A stretch of 64,000 nucleotides of DNA from Asterias rubens (taxonomy: Eukaryota). Positions 13,501 to 25,900 of the stretch are shown here, piece by piece. Location: positions 19,592,001-19,656,000 of the forward strand of contig NC_047071.1 of NCBI RefSeq assembly GCF_902459465.1. Direction: 5' to 3'. Each line of letters opens with the position of its first letter. Within the stretch, counting starts at the first letter, position 1. The notes under the pieces are model-generated. The model saw only the letters and a list, made by a program, of their open reading frames with translations, was not told the DNA's origin and did not search any database. The translations under genes and the position numbers were made by a program.

Positions 13501-15134
13501 ACGACTGCTGATTACTTAGTTACGATGATCGTGACTGTGGCTCTCGAGTGCCCCGATTTAACAGTGACCCGATAACAAACAGTTCAACCGGTATAAATCA
13601 CAGTCAGTACAGGTGCAAGACACCTTGGGGATATTGGTATCTAAATCATTGTTGCTATAAAAGAAAAAATTACCCCGGTTACCAAGCAACCTACACACTG
13701 AGGCTATTCTCGTTTAAATCAAGAAATCACGTTTTGAACTCTCTAAATCCAAGTCAACTTAGGTCAAAATTATGTTACTTCAACACTTAATTAGTTGAAT
13801 ATCGATATTTAAAACTTCTGCATTTTGTCAAAGGACGTAACTTAGTTGAAGAAAATTTGAATTCGAAACCTACTCCTTGTTTTTTTCCCGTTTTACTATT
13901 AATACAAGTACGATTGAGAAAAAGAATTCTCAAACTGAAAGAAACCACGAAACTTCTTTCTCTTTCTCTAGTCGACCGAGGTCGGAGTCATGTTGAGGCT
14001 TGTCCATCCCTTTCTATCAAAATCAAACTTGAACTGCTAAGTTTTTCGAAAACCTGACCTTATTTCAAAATGTAGTCAACTTATGATGTGAGTGAAAACT
14101 GGTTATTGTGAACTAATAGATTAAAATGGCTACACCCTTCCCCCAAATCACTCTTTAAGAATCTCACCTCGTCATGTGCTTGAAAGAAGACAAGCAGCTG
14201 TTGTGACGTATTTTCCAAAGGCAAATATATGTAACTTCTGGAGCAATTTTGTTCTTTTGAGTTCTGACAACTAGGATTGAAAAGAATGTCATTCTAATAC
14301 GAATCATGTGAAGTAATCATTATTGATTATTCAACATCGGGTTTTTAGCTGTTCCGACCTACCGTCGGAACAGGTGTTGTTTTCGTCGAGATTTTTATTA
14401 TTTTTAGCTATTCCGACCTACCGTCGGAACAGGTGTTGTTTTCGTCGAGATTTTTATTATTTTTATTATTATTATTCTTTGTTTCCGCCTAAAACCCCAT
14501 AGCGTTTGTACAGCGTTTTTGTTCAGGCCCCCGTCTCCTAAAGTATGAGGATAAAAGAGTTAAATCATATATCAAATTGAAGCTTAGAACATAAGCTTTA
14601 CTCTTACAAAAAAGTGTTATAATTCTTAATTAATTAACCACGTGGTCTTCATTTGAATTTTTAATTTGTAAACTTGATGCAGTCACTTGTGAAACATTCT
14701 CTTTTGGTAATACAACACAGTATGTACCTCAATGAGTTGTTGACTTCTTGAGAGGAGTCTATACTATTTTGTTTCCTACCCGCGTTCTGGACACATTACT
14801 CTGTACACGCACAAAGTACGGAGGTTTGGGATTTTCGTTAGAACGTGCGTTAAATTTGTCCTTGTTTTTCTAACCGCGTTCTGGACCAATTACTCTGTGC
14901 ATGGATGCTCTATGCATGGGTAATTAGATAGGGGTTTTTGACGACATCGACGTCGTCGTCAAAAACCCCCTTAAGGCATATAATACTACATTTCAACCCT
15001 ACTTAATAGTTATAGGCGTTAGCAGTTCATATTTAGTGACAATGGTAGCAAAATCATGAAACGAGAATTATTTCGCCGGATCATAATCCCCTCTGTTGAT
15101 GCACACATGTAAAAACCCACCATTTTTACATCGT

Positions 15135-15205
15135 GCCCTTCTAGCCTAGTGGTCATCAGTCGCGACTACACATCTGAGAATTGCGAGTTCGAATCTCCGT
15201 CCGAA
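15135..15205 (+). promoter_or_regulatory. tRNA-like type-2 Pol III promoter (A box and B box) inside the inner Helentron
   Basis: TAGCCTAGTGG (15142-15152) and GAGTTCGAATCTC (15185-15197). T8-to-G53 spacing is 45 nt, as in tRNAs. The acceptor stem does not pair, so this is not a tRNA gene. Confidence 0.6.
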
Positions 15206-15866
15206 ATCAATATTTTTTATCCCCCAAAACTAAAAATATATTTCTTTTTGTAATATTTAAGTTTGATTCTTATCTTTATATCGATAGTGTTGCCTTTTCT
15301 TTTTCTCAAATGTTAGCCCAACATAACCTGTGTGCATGCATGACACGATGATGTTTAAAAACAGAGTAAGCGAAAAATGGTGACCATAAGCGCAGAGTTT
15401 GGTGGTTAAGAGTTCTGTGAAATCAACTTTTACTAGATCAAACATCAAACCACCGACCCCAAACAAAATTAAAAATCGTAATTAATTAACCACGTGACCC
15501 ATATTTGCATATTTAATTGTACAAGGGGACAAAATTGTTGGAACTTCCTGTTGATGCTGACATCATGAGAACATCAGCATAAGTATTGAAATTGCACTAC
15601 CTATTGAACCACTTGGAGTGTTCAAGGAGTCCAACACGTCAGTCTAGAGTCCAACTCTGATTGTAAAAATCAATTCAGGCATCATCTTCAATTTAATTTT
15701 ATGCAACAAGCAAACTTATAAATTTTCTGATTTTATTTCAAAGGGTAACATAAATGGCTGTTAGCGAACGGTTTCCAACAAAAACTACATGGTGTACGTG
15801 CACAATACTCTTACTGGCCTCAAGCATTTACCTCTAGATAATAAATCAAGCATACAGTTCAAAATT

Positions 15867-16194
15867 ATAAAAGTTTGTTATTGCCACATTATTCAGCGAA
15901 CCATGAATCATACACAGCTACTATTCACAAGAAAATCTATGTGTGGAGGGTAACAGACAGCACACAATGGAACCGGAGTTTAACAATGACAAAGTCAAAA
16001 GTGCAATCGTCCGCCCTTGAAGTTTATTATACATGGGCTGATGGTGATCAAAAGGATAAAAGTTTGTTATCGCCACATTATTCAGCGAACCATGAATCAT
16101 ACACAGCTACTATTCACATGAAAATCTATGCGTGGAGGGTAACATACAGCACACAATGGAACCGGAGTTTAACAATGACAATACCAAAAGTGCA
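15867..16194. repeat. 189-bp tandem repeat (~1.7 units) in the inner Helentron copy
   Basis: ataaaagtttgttat(t/c)gccacattattcagcgaaccatgaatc... at 15867 and 16056. Confidence 0.9.
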
Positions 16195-16711
16195 TTTGGG
16201 TATTTTGTTTATCTGTTTCATTTAAATATATGGTTAAGTTTTATTTTACGCTAAATGTTTTTGTGTTTGTTCTTCCTGTAATTTTGAATTGTTTTGCCGC
16301 TACATAAGATTACACCCACTAAATACAATTGCTTACATTGCTTTCCTCAATAGAAAAAAGGGGGGGTCCGTACTCGTTAAGGTTTGCTTTTTATGGGCCC
16401 CTCCATCCCCTACATGTGTTTTGCATTGATTTTTAGTTTTTGTTTTCTATTATTGTACGATTGCATTTGCTTGTAATAAATGATTTATTACCTTCTGTGT
16501 AGACTAAGCAAGTTTCGCGCGTATTTAAACTTGCGGGACCAATATGTTCCAAACCTTATGGAGTTTTACGTGGGACATTTTTGTCCGTCCATTATTTTAG
16601 TTTAACGTAGTTTATGACCATGAATATTAGAAATATTGTTGGAAATGTAATACTAGTTAACAAAACGTATACAAGTAAAATCATTTCAACAACAAAAATC
16701 CTATACTTTTG

Positions 16712-17040
16712 GGATGTCGACTTCCCGAGATAAATTATCACAGGAAGACGACAACCTAATTTTCGGATGTTGACTTCCCGAGATAAATTATCACAGCAAG
16801 ACGATATCCTACTTTTGGGATATCGACATTCCGAGATAAATTATCACAGGAAGACGACATTCTTCTTTTAGAATGTCGACTTCCCGAGATAAATTATCAC
16901 AGGAAGATGACAACTGACGTTTAGGATGTCGACATACCGAGATAAATTATCACAGCAAGACGACATCCTACTTTTAGGATGTCGACATCCCGAGATAAAT
17001 TATCACAGGAAGACGACATTCTTCTTTAATAATGTCGACT
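16712..17040. repeat. 53-bp minisatellite (6 units plus a partial) inside the inner Helentron copy
   Basis: ggatgtcgac(t/a)t(c/t)ccgagataaattatcacaggaagacgacat... Units start at 16712, 16765, 16818, 16871, 16924, 16977 and 17030. Confidence 0.95.
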
Positions 17041-17049
17041 GTTTGTAGT

Positions 17050-17570
17050 TATAAGACTCCTTGGGGATAGGAGAAAAACTTGGAAAAACCGTGACCTCAA
17101 TTTGACCTCTACTTCCGGGTCAACCGGAAGTGGGACCATATCTCAAGAACTACTCAACCGATTTTCAATTTGTTTTCACTTACAGACTCCTTGACATTAA
17201 TATTGACTGTGAAAACCCGTGACCCCATGTTGGCCTCTACGTCCGGGTGAACCGGAAGTGGGACCATACGCCAAGTACTATACAACCGATTTTCAATCCT
17301 GTTTGTTCAGTTTTATCCTCCTAAGGCATTAAAAATAAACTTTGAAAATCCATGACACCAAGTTGACCTCTACTTCCGGGTCAACCAGAAGTGGCACCAT
17401 ATCTCAAGAACTACACAACCGATTTTCTAACTTTCTTTCAGTTACAGACTCCTTGGGCGTTACAGATTAGCCTTAGGTTACCGTGACCCCATGAAGTGGC
17501 ACCGTAACTCAAGACACTGTACAGTATTTTTCAAACTTTTTTCAGTTATAGACTCCTTGGTAATTTTAAC
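17050..17570. repeat. Diverged ~105-130 bp subrepeats near the Helentron 3' end (mirrored at ~20600-21110)
   Basis: Recurrent gactccttg ... gtgacc ... acttccgggtcaaccggaagtgggaccata ... caaccgattttc blocks. Confidence 0.8.
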
Positions 17571-18322
17571 ACATAATCAAAGCAAAAGAACACGGAACAG
17601 CTTTGTGTTTGTTCACAAACACCTAATGTCTAGTTATTATTATTATTATTCTTTGTTTCCGCCTAAAACCCCATAGCGTTTGTACAGCGTTTTTGTTCAG
17701 GCCCCGTCTCCTAAAGTATGAGGATAAAAGAGTTAAATCATATATCAAATTGAAGCTTAGAACATAAGCTTTACTCTAACAAAAAAGTGTTAAAATTCTT
17801 AATTAATTAACCACGTGGTCTTCATTTGAATTTTTAATTTGTAAACTTGATGCAGTCACTTTCATGTTATTGTGAAAAATTTTCTTTGGTAATACAACAC
17901 AGTATGTACCTCAATGAGCTGTTGACTTCCTGAGAGGAGTCTATACTATTTTGTTTCCTACCCGCGTTCTGGACACATTACTCTGTACACGCACAAAGTA
18001 CGGAGGTTTGGGACTTTCGTTAGAAGGTGCGTTAAATTTGTCCTTGTTTTTCTAACCGCGTTCTGGACCAATTACTCTGTGCATGGGTTTCGTTAAAACG
18101 AACGTGCGTGATTAGATAGGAGTTTTTGACGATATCGACGTCGTCGTCAAAAACCCCCTTAAGGCATCTAATACTACATTTCAACCCTACTTAATAGTTA
18201 TAGGCGTTAGCAGTTCATATTTAGTGACAATGGTCGCAAAATCATGAAACGAGAACTATTTCGCCGGATCATAATCCCCTCTGTTGATGCACACATGTAA
18301 AAACCCACCATTTTTACATCGT

Positions 18323-18393
18323 GCCCTTCTAGCCTAGTGGTCATCAGTCGCGACTACACATCTGAGAATTGCGAGTTCGAATCTCCGTCCGAA
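18323..18393 (+). promoter_or_regulatory. Same tRNA-like A/B box segment inside the outer Helentron
   Basis: TAGCCTAGTGG at 18330 and GAGTTCGAATCTC at 18373; identical to the 15135 copy. Confidence 0.6.
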
Positions 18394-19054
18394 ATCAATA
18401 TTTTTTTAACCCCAAAACTAAAAATATATTTCTTTTTGTAATATTTAAGTTTGATTCTTATCTTTATATCGATAGTGTTGCCTTTTCTTTTTCTCAAATG
18501 TTAGCCCAACATAACCTATGTGCATGCATGACACGATGATGTTTAAAAACACAGTAAGCGAAAAATGGTGATCATAAGCGCAGAGTTTGGTGGTTAAGAG
18601 TTCTGTGAAATCAACTTGTACTAGATCAAACATCAAACCACCGACCCAATTTTTTTTTTTAAATCGTTATTTATAAACCACGTGACCCATATTTGCATAT
18701 TTAATTGTACAAGGGGACAAAGTTGTTGGAACTTCCTGTTGATGCTGACATCATGAGAACATCAGCATAAGTATTGGAATTGCACTACCTATTGAACCAC
18801 TTGGAGTGTTCAAGGAGTCCAACACGTCAGTCTAGAGTCCAACTCTGATCGTAAAAATCAATTCAGACATCATCTTCAATTTAATTTTATGCAACAAGCA
18901 AACTTATAAATTTTCTGATTTTATTTCAAAGGGTAACATAAATGGCTGTTAGCGAACGGTTTCCAACAAAAACTACATGGTGTACGTGCACAATACTCTT
19001 ACTGGCCTCAAGCATTTACCTCTAGATAATAAATCAAGCGTTCAGTTCAAAATG

Positions 19055-19500
19055 ATAAAAGTTTGTTATTGCCACATTATTCAGCGAACCATTAATCATA
19101 CACAGCTACTATTCACAAGAAAATCTATGTGTGGAGGGTAACAGACAGCACACAATGGAACCGGAGTTTAACAATGACAATACCAAAAGTGCAACCGTCA
19201 GCCGTTGAAGTTTATTATACATGGGGCTGATGGTGATCAAAAGGATAAAAGTTTGTTATCGCCACATTATTCAGCGAACCATGAATCATACACAGCTACT
19301 ATTCACATGAAAATCTATGCGTGGAGGGTAACATACAGCACACAATGGAACCGGAGTTTAACATTGACAATACCAAAAGTGCAATCGTCAGCCGTTGAAG
19401 TTTATTATACATGGGGCTGATGGTGATCAAAAGGATAAAAGTCTGTTGTCGATACAACCGCCCACTTAAATTCAACGGACCATGAATCACGGACCATACG
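19055..19500. repeat. 190-bp tandem repeat (2 units plus a diverged third start) in the outer Helentron copy
   Basis: Units start at 19055, 19245 and 19435. Confidence 0.9.
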
Positions 19501-20231
19501 CACAAAATATATATTCGAAAGAATATCCATATAATAGATTTGTCTGGTGTATAAACTGATGTCCCAGCCATTGGATTTTCGTGTTTTTTTGCTAGATTCC
19601 TCGCTCCCCAACCAAAGTGACTACAAAACGTCTCTAATGGATAACAATGGTATATTTCGACATGGTTTTTTTCCCAGCAAGAGTTGTGGGGCCCAATTTA
19701 TCTAGTATTTATTTTTGGTATTTTGTTTATCTGTTTCATTTAAATATATGATTAAGTTTTATTTTACGCTAACTGTTTTTGTGTTTGTTCTTCCTGTAAA
19801 TTTGAATTGTTTTGCCGCTACATAAGATTACACCCACTAAATAGAATTGCTTACATTGCTTTTTTCGTTAGAAAAAAGGGGGGGGGGGTCCGTACTCGTT
19901 AAGGTTTGCTTTTTATGGGCCCCTCCATCCCCTACATGTGTTTTGCATTGATTTTTAGTTTTTGTTTTCTATTATTGTACGATTGCATTTGCTTGTAATA
20001 AATGATTTATTACCTTCTGTGTAGACTAAGCAAGTCTCGCGCGTATTTGAACTTGCGGGACCATTATGTTCCAAACCTTATGGAGTTTTACGTGGGACAT
20101 TTTGTTTCGTCCATTATTTTAGTTTAACGTAGTTTATGACCATGAATATTATAAATATTGTTGGAAATGTAATACTAGTTAACAAAACGTATACAAGTAA
20201 GATCCTTTCAACAAAAGAAATCCTACTTTCG

Positions 20232-20590
20232 GGATGTCAACTTCCCGAGATAAATTATGACAGGAAGACGACATCCTAATTTTAGGATGTCGACTTCCCG
20301 AGATAAATTATCACAGCAAGACGAAATCCTACTTTTGGGATATCGACATTCCGAGATAAATTATCACAGGAAGACGACATTCTTCTTTTAGAATGTCGAC
20401 TTCCCGAGATAAATTATCACAGGAAGATGACAACTGACGTTTAGGATGTCGACATACCGAGATAAATTATCACAGCAAGACGACATCCCGAGATAAATTA
20501 TCACAGGAAGACGACATCCTACTTTTAGGATGTCGACATTCCGAGATAAATTATCACAGGAAGACGACATTCTTCTTTAAGAATGTCGAC
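20232..20590. repeat. 53-bp minisatellite inside the outer Helentron copy, with one extra 31-bp truncated unit
   Basis: Units start at 20232, 20285, 20338, 20391, 20444, then (after a 31-bp extra) 20528 and 20581. Confidence 0.95.
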
Positions 20591-22259
20591 TGTTTGTAGT
20601 TATAAGACTCCTTGGGGATAGGAGAAAAATTTGGAAAAAACCGTGACCTCAATTTGACCTCTACTTCCGGGTCAACCGGAAGTGGGACCATATCTCAAGA
20701 ACTACTCAACCGATTTTCAATTTGTTTTCACTTACAGACTCCTTGACATTAATATTGACTGTGAAAACTCGTGACCCCATGTTGGCCTCTACGTCCGGGT
20801 GAACCGGAAGTGGGACCATACGCCAAGTACTATACAACCGATTTTCAATCCTGTTGTTCAGTTTTATCCTCCTAAGGCATTAAAAATAAACTTTGAAAAT
20901 CCACGACCCCAAGTTGACCACTACTTCCGGGTCAACCAGAAGTGGCACCATATCTCAAGAACTACACAACCGATTTTCTAACTTTTTTTCAGTTACAGAC
21001 TCCTTGGGCGTTAGAGATTAGCCTTAGGTTACCGTGACCCCATGAAGTGGCACCGTAACTCAAGACACTGTACAGTATTTTTCAAACATTCAGTTATAGA
21101 CTCCTTGGTATTGTTAACACATAATCAAAGCAAAAGAACACGGAACAGCTTTGTGTTTGTTCACAAACACCTAATGTCTAGTTGCTTGTTGTTTCTTGTC
21201 ATGACCAAACAGACACCATAAACGTCCTCACGAAGTGCGCGAGTGAACGTTCACCCCTGCCACCAAAATCCTCCTCTCACAATCAATATTTTGTAACCAT
21301 CTGTGACAACTGAAACACTCAATCTACAAAACAAATTGTAAAGAATATAACAATTACATGGAAATTGACATCATGAAGAGCGGAAGATTGAGGTTTCCCC
21401 CTGTGGACATAAGTTCTATAATGGTTTTAATTTCCACGTCACCTTGTAGAACCCGGGACATTATTAGAAGGTAAGGATATCGACAGGTGGGGAATAATTT
21501 ACGATCTCTGCATGACACTCTCCACCAGGAAATCACTAATAATAAGGTATCATTGACAAAAACAAATTGCATTTTTATTTCTGAAGTAGCTGTATGTCAT
21601 TGGTAAACTGGTGTGACCGCGGGAAAACGCGAGGTTGTGCGAGATTACTCGACACTGTACGGTAATGGTATACTGTCCCTGTAGTATCGCAATAGCGGGA
21701 GTCTGCGAGACTTTGCAAAGTTCAAACTTGTTTAATTATTATGTGCTCTACATTTTAGCCAGTAAGGTATAACTAAATAGGCAGTTGAAGCTACCCTGTC
21801 CGCCAAATCAAAGGTTGAATAACACACGTGACACCCTCGCAGGGACCACAAACAATAATATGCGAAACTTCCAACCACTGAAAATGGAACTGGGGTGAGG
21901 CGATGACGTAATTTTCAAGGAATTCTAACCCTTTGTCTAATTTCAGACCCTAATCGTAAAGGTTAATGTAGTTATTAAAGTAAGGAATAAGTGTCTGGAC
22001 AAGGTTGGCAAGTAGATATCAATCTACTCTCACTAATGTGCATTTGATTGGACTCGTCGTGCGGTTACAGTTAAGTAGTCTTGACTAGTGAAGTAACCAC
22101 AGAGCGGGCCCACTATGTGCCCAATGCATTCGCAAGGCTGTGATTAAGCGCATAACGTAGGAGTAAAATATGCACAAAGAGTACATGCAGTGGAAATACA
22201 CCTGTCGGTGAGAATTCGCCTTGCTTTATTTTAAAGTATTTACTATTTAGTAGCAAGTA

Positions 22260-22570
22260 TTCCGTAGCTCTAAGCACCAGTGTTCCGTTAGGCCCCATCT
22301 TCCGCGTTCCGTATAGGCCCCTAAGGAACTGTGTGCAGTTGGCAGTAGTCATCGCATTCCGTATGCCATAATGCACGCAAATGTTCTGTAGCTCTAAGCA
22401 CAAGTGTTCCGTAGCCCTAAACCAATGTTCCGTTGGCGTTCCGTAAGCCCTATAGGTTCGGTGTTTTGTAGGCCGTAACCACCGGTGTTCCGTGCACCCA
22501 AAGTACAAATGTTCCGTATGGAATACTAGGCACTAGTGCTCCATAGGTCATTATTCCATAGGCACTTGTG
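22260..22570. repeat. Degenerate ~20-25 bp minisatellite with a (G)TTCCGTA core
   Basis: About ten ttccgt/ttctgt/ttccat cores with related linkers (e.g. ttccgtagctctaagcaccagtg, ttctgtagctctaagcacaagtg). Confidence 0.7.
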
Positions 22571-22573
22571 TTA

Positions 22574-22958
22574 TTAAGGCAGTGGACACTATTGGTAATT
22601 GTCAAAGAATAGCCTTCACAGTTGGTGTATCTCAACATATGCATAAAATAACAAACCTGTGAAAATTTGAGCTCAATCGTTCATCGAACTTGCGAGATAT
22701 AAATGAAAGAAAAAACACCCTTGTCACACGTAGTTGTGTGCGTTTAGATGGTTGATTTCGAGACCTCAAGTTCTAAATCTGAGGTCTCGAAATCAAATTC
22801 GTGGAAAATTACTTCTTTCTCGAAAACTATGGCACTTCAGAGGGAGCCGTTTCTCACAACGTTTTATACCATCAACCTCTCCCCATTACTCGTCACCAAG
22901 AAAGGTTTTATGCTAATAATTATTTTGAGTAATTACCAATAGTGTCCACTGCCTTTAA
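22574..22958. mobile_element. ~385-bp TTAA-flanked MITE (third family, Kolobok-like)
   Basis: TIR (a)ggcagtggacactattggtaatt / aattaccaatagtgtccactgcct, flanked by TTAA. Internal 17-bp stem ttgatttcgagacctca/tgaggtctcgaaatcaa at 22752-22796. Confidence 0.92.
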
Positions 22959-25900
22959 GGCTCTTGCCTCCGTGAACTCTATACTAACGTTTTAATAAAA
23001 TCTTCGTGTCCAAATACGCGTTGCACTTTCGCAATTTATTCCCCTCGTCCACCGGTTTGAAGCAATAAACGTACTTATTTTTTGCCACAGTTTTTTGTTG
23101 ATATTTAGTAAGCATGGACCAGATTTGCGATGCAAACATTAAGTAACATCAAAAGGGGAGTTAGAGTGAACAGTATGTATCCTGGAAAGGTCATCAGGTT
23201 GATGGGAAAAGTGAGACCTCTGATCTGTTCAGGCAGATTGCAGGGCCGTTGGCTTTTCATCATCTTGGGGTTTGGGGGTCACCCTAGTGGCGAGGTGTCA
23301 AACTGTACCACCTTAAGGTAGATTGACCACCCTCGTCTGGATTTGACGAGGTCGGGTTATCAGGGAAACAAGTCAAGCAGCTTATTGAAACTTGCCATTT
23401 GAAACGTTGAATTTAACTCAAGTCGTTGGTGCAAAAACATCGTTGCGACAACCTGTTTGCCATGGGGTGGCGTTGGGGCACATGGGGGAGTTACGACCGT
23501 AATTAAAGAAATGATCAAAATTCGCACAGAGGTGAGGATGCCTTTCTTTTGGACATAAAGTGTGAAATTAGCTGCGAGTTCTGAATGACTTTTAAAAACG
23601 TGAGTACTTTCGTGACTTGCAAGTTATGATTTGGCTGCAAAAAAAATAAAGATTTATGCTTGTATTCTTAAACGAATATGATTCCAAATCCACAATTCAT
23701 CGACCGATATTCGAACCTGACACTATTAACAGCACTCAATTAAATCTATTCAACATATTGTAATGTGTCTCCATTTGGACATAAATCCTAAAACAGCTAT
23801 GGACGAGTTTACCAAAAATTTTCTCAAGTTTTTTTTCCCGTCACACCGAACCTTTTACTTGTCATCATTTTAAAACCCTCGGGTGAGATGGGGCTATTTG
23901 GTTGCAACGCCCCCGTGGCTGCTGCCAGCACGCGCTGCTGACGAGCTGTTCCCGTAAGAGGGTTTGTTGGCATTTTTCAATGGATTCGTTTAAATCCAAG
24001 TGTGCTGTTTCCCTGTCCAGGTTTTGCCTGGATTAATTCAAGTTGTTTGCTGAAATAAAGGGAACGCACACAGTTTTTTTTTGTACCGTTCGACTTGATA
24101 TAATTGAATAGGCTAGATATAACTATTCTGAGAAAGTTGTCATTTCCAAAAGTGGTAGCGTTTTTGAGATATTATTGGCGAACATCCAGAGCGGTTATTT
24201 CTTATAAATACACTCCAAGTTGTGGACTTAACAGTCACAACCTCTTAACACTCATGGTTATAATTAATCCGGGTTCCGGTACCGTCAATCTGACCCGGAA
24301 CTCTCTGTCAAAATAACCCAGAAATTTGTCAAACTACGCACAACCCGAGTTAAAATCCCAATCCTTAAAAACCGGTTTCCAGAAATGGTTCAGGTCCTTA
24401 TAGGAGCCGGAATCCAGGTCAAGTTTTGTTAGGCTTGGGGCTGTTACTATTTATGTCCATCTTACCTTTCTAAGGCAAGAAGCGAATCCAATCGCGCGAC
24501 AGCTTCTTGAATGCTATAATCATTGTTGCAGTAAGTACACATGTTTCTGCAAGTCAGGCGATCATGTTTTAATGAAAAGTAACTCTGTCGTCACTACACG
24601 CTCGCAGTAAGATGTCGCCTCAATTATGTTTTCTTACCATGCAAATAATGAGACATTTAAGATATTCAGAAAGAAGTTTGAGGGAGGTTGCGTTTTAGAC
24701 TCGTTCACCAGTCGAATTCACGCATTAACGCAAATGGATGAGGCTGCAGCACACACTTTTAGTTTATTATTATTTTGAAGGAGACTGGATTTTTACTTAT
24801 ATGAGGGTTCTCGTGAAATCCTACTCAGCGGCGAGATTGTTGGGTTTCGGAAATGGCTACGGCTAGTAGATGGAATACGCGCACTCCAAGCTTGCCATGC
24901 CACTGCACCCACTGGCGTAAGTCACATCCACATCAGACAGATGTCTTGAACTCAGCCGTTTCGTAGTCGAGTTCAAGTAAGAGAGACAGTCAGATCAATG
25001 TTGCATGACTTCGTCCCCTCTGTCGTCATCATCAACCCATTGGGATCTGCCGTTTCCAGCTCTTGAACATTTTGCCAGCTGCAACTGCCAGAGGACACAT
25101 TCGGACAGGAATTTTATAGCTTGATATCGTGAACGTTGCCTTAATGTGTCGCTCACTAAGTTGTCCCCGGAGTCTGGGGAGGAACCCGTGGTTCTATCTA
25201 GACGACGGTAGCACACACATGAGACGCAAAGCGTCTAGTCCAAACCAATTGTCCCCTGCTCACAGCTAAATCACTTCATGTCCAGAATTAAAAAACATAC
25301 CTGGAGAAATATAAAATGGATTTCAATATGTGTGATGCTCAAGACAGCGTCAAAGTAATCTAAAAGAATTAATCCCCGCAAAATGAAGGATTTCTCTTCA
25401 AGTACATGTATACTATTTCTAAGGAACAGGGTCGTTGTGTATTTGGAAAGCAAATGTACTAGTGCTCAAAAGCTAAACAAAATAAACCCATAGAATACAA
25501 AAACAAACTATGAATAATGATGATGTACATGTATAGTACAGAGCATGTAGTGAATAGAAGCCATTGCGCATAATGGTGAATTGCACTTCTACAGCATTTT
25601 CCCGCACGATCAACATAATGTTTAGTTTAACAAGTCAAAGAAATACTGTGGTTTATGAACAAAGCATTACTATGATCAAATTTGAGGAGACGTTGGAATG
25701 GAACAGTTTTCGCAAAAAGCCAAAACTTCATATTATTGTCAGAAACACCAAGGAAGAAGGGGTTTGAATTCAGAGATTATAGTAATATTGATGATCTTCC
25801 TCTGATATAATGTTCACTATAGGAGCAAGTTTGTACTCTTCAGTTATTCTTGAAGATCACAGTTACAAATCCTTTATTGACAGTAAAAGCCTACAATCGT

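Larger units (their letters stand above)
14406..17635 (+). mobile_element. Inner, complete 3.23-kb copy of the same Helentron/DINE-1-like element
   Basis: Starts agctattccgacctaccgtcggaacag (14406). The 3' subTIR cggaacagct is at 17593-17602, the stem-loop at 17605-17622 and the end ctagtt at 17635. It is near-identical by eye to 17636-21183 along its length. Confidence 0.85.
14347..21183 (+). mobile_element. Outer non-autonomous Helentron (HINE/DINE-1-like) element: 14347-14405 plus 17636-21183, split by a nested copy
   Basis: 5' subterminal IR agctgttccg (14347-14356) follows a T run and forms a hairpin with gtcggaacag. An (ATT)n tract follows. The 3' subTIR cggaacagct is at 21141-21150, then stem-loop gtgtttgt-tc-acaaacac (21153-21170) and the end ctagtt. 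No TSD is visible. It contains internal tandem repeats and no Rep/Helicase ORF. Confidence 0.8.

Noticed and set aside
15135-15205. Functional tRNA gene
   Set aside because: The acceptor stem does not pair and the anticodon and T stems pair only partly; kept only as a Pol III promoter-like relic.
15875-16225. 116-aa ORF with an internal repeat (and 19205-19420)
   Set aside because: It simply reads through the 189-bp (63-codon) tandem repeat of the Helentron, and the frame is broken in the 190-bp copies.
16712-17040. Palindromic repeat array as a CRISPR array
   Set aside because: The monomers are contiguous with no unique spacers, the context is eukaryotic, there are no cas genes, and the array lies inside a transposon.
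22113-22570. 131-aa minus-strand ORF with repeated TEH motifs, and a CRISPR-like look of the GTTCCGTA cores
   Set aside because: Both come from a degenerate minisatellite; the linkers are related to each other, not unique spacers.
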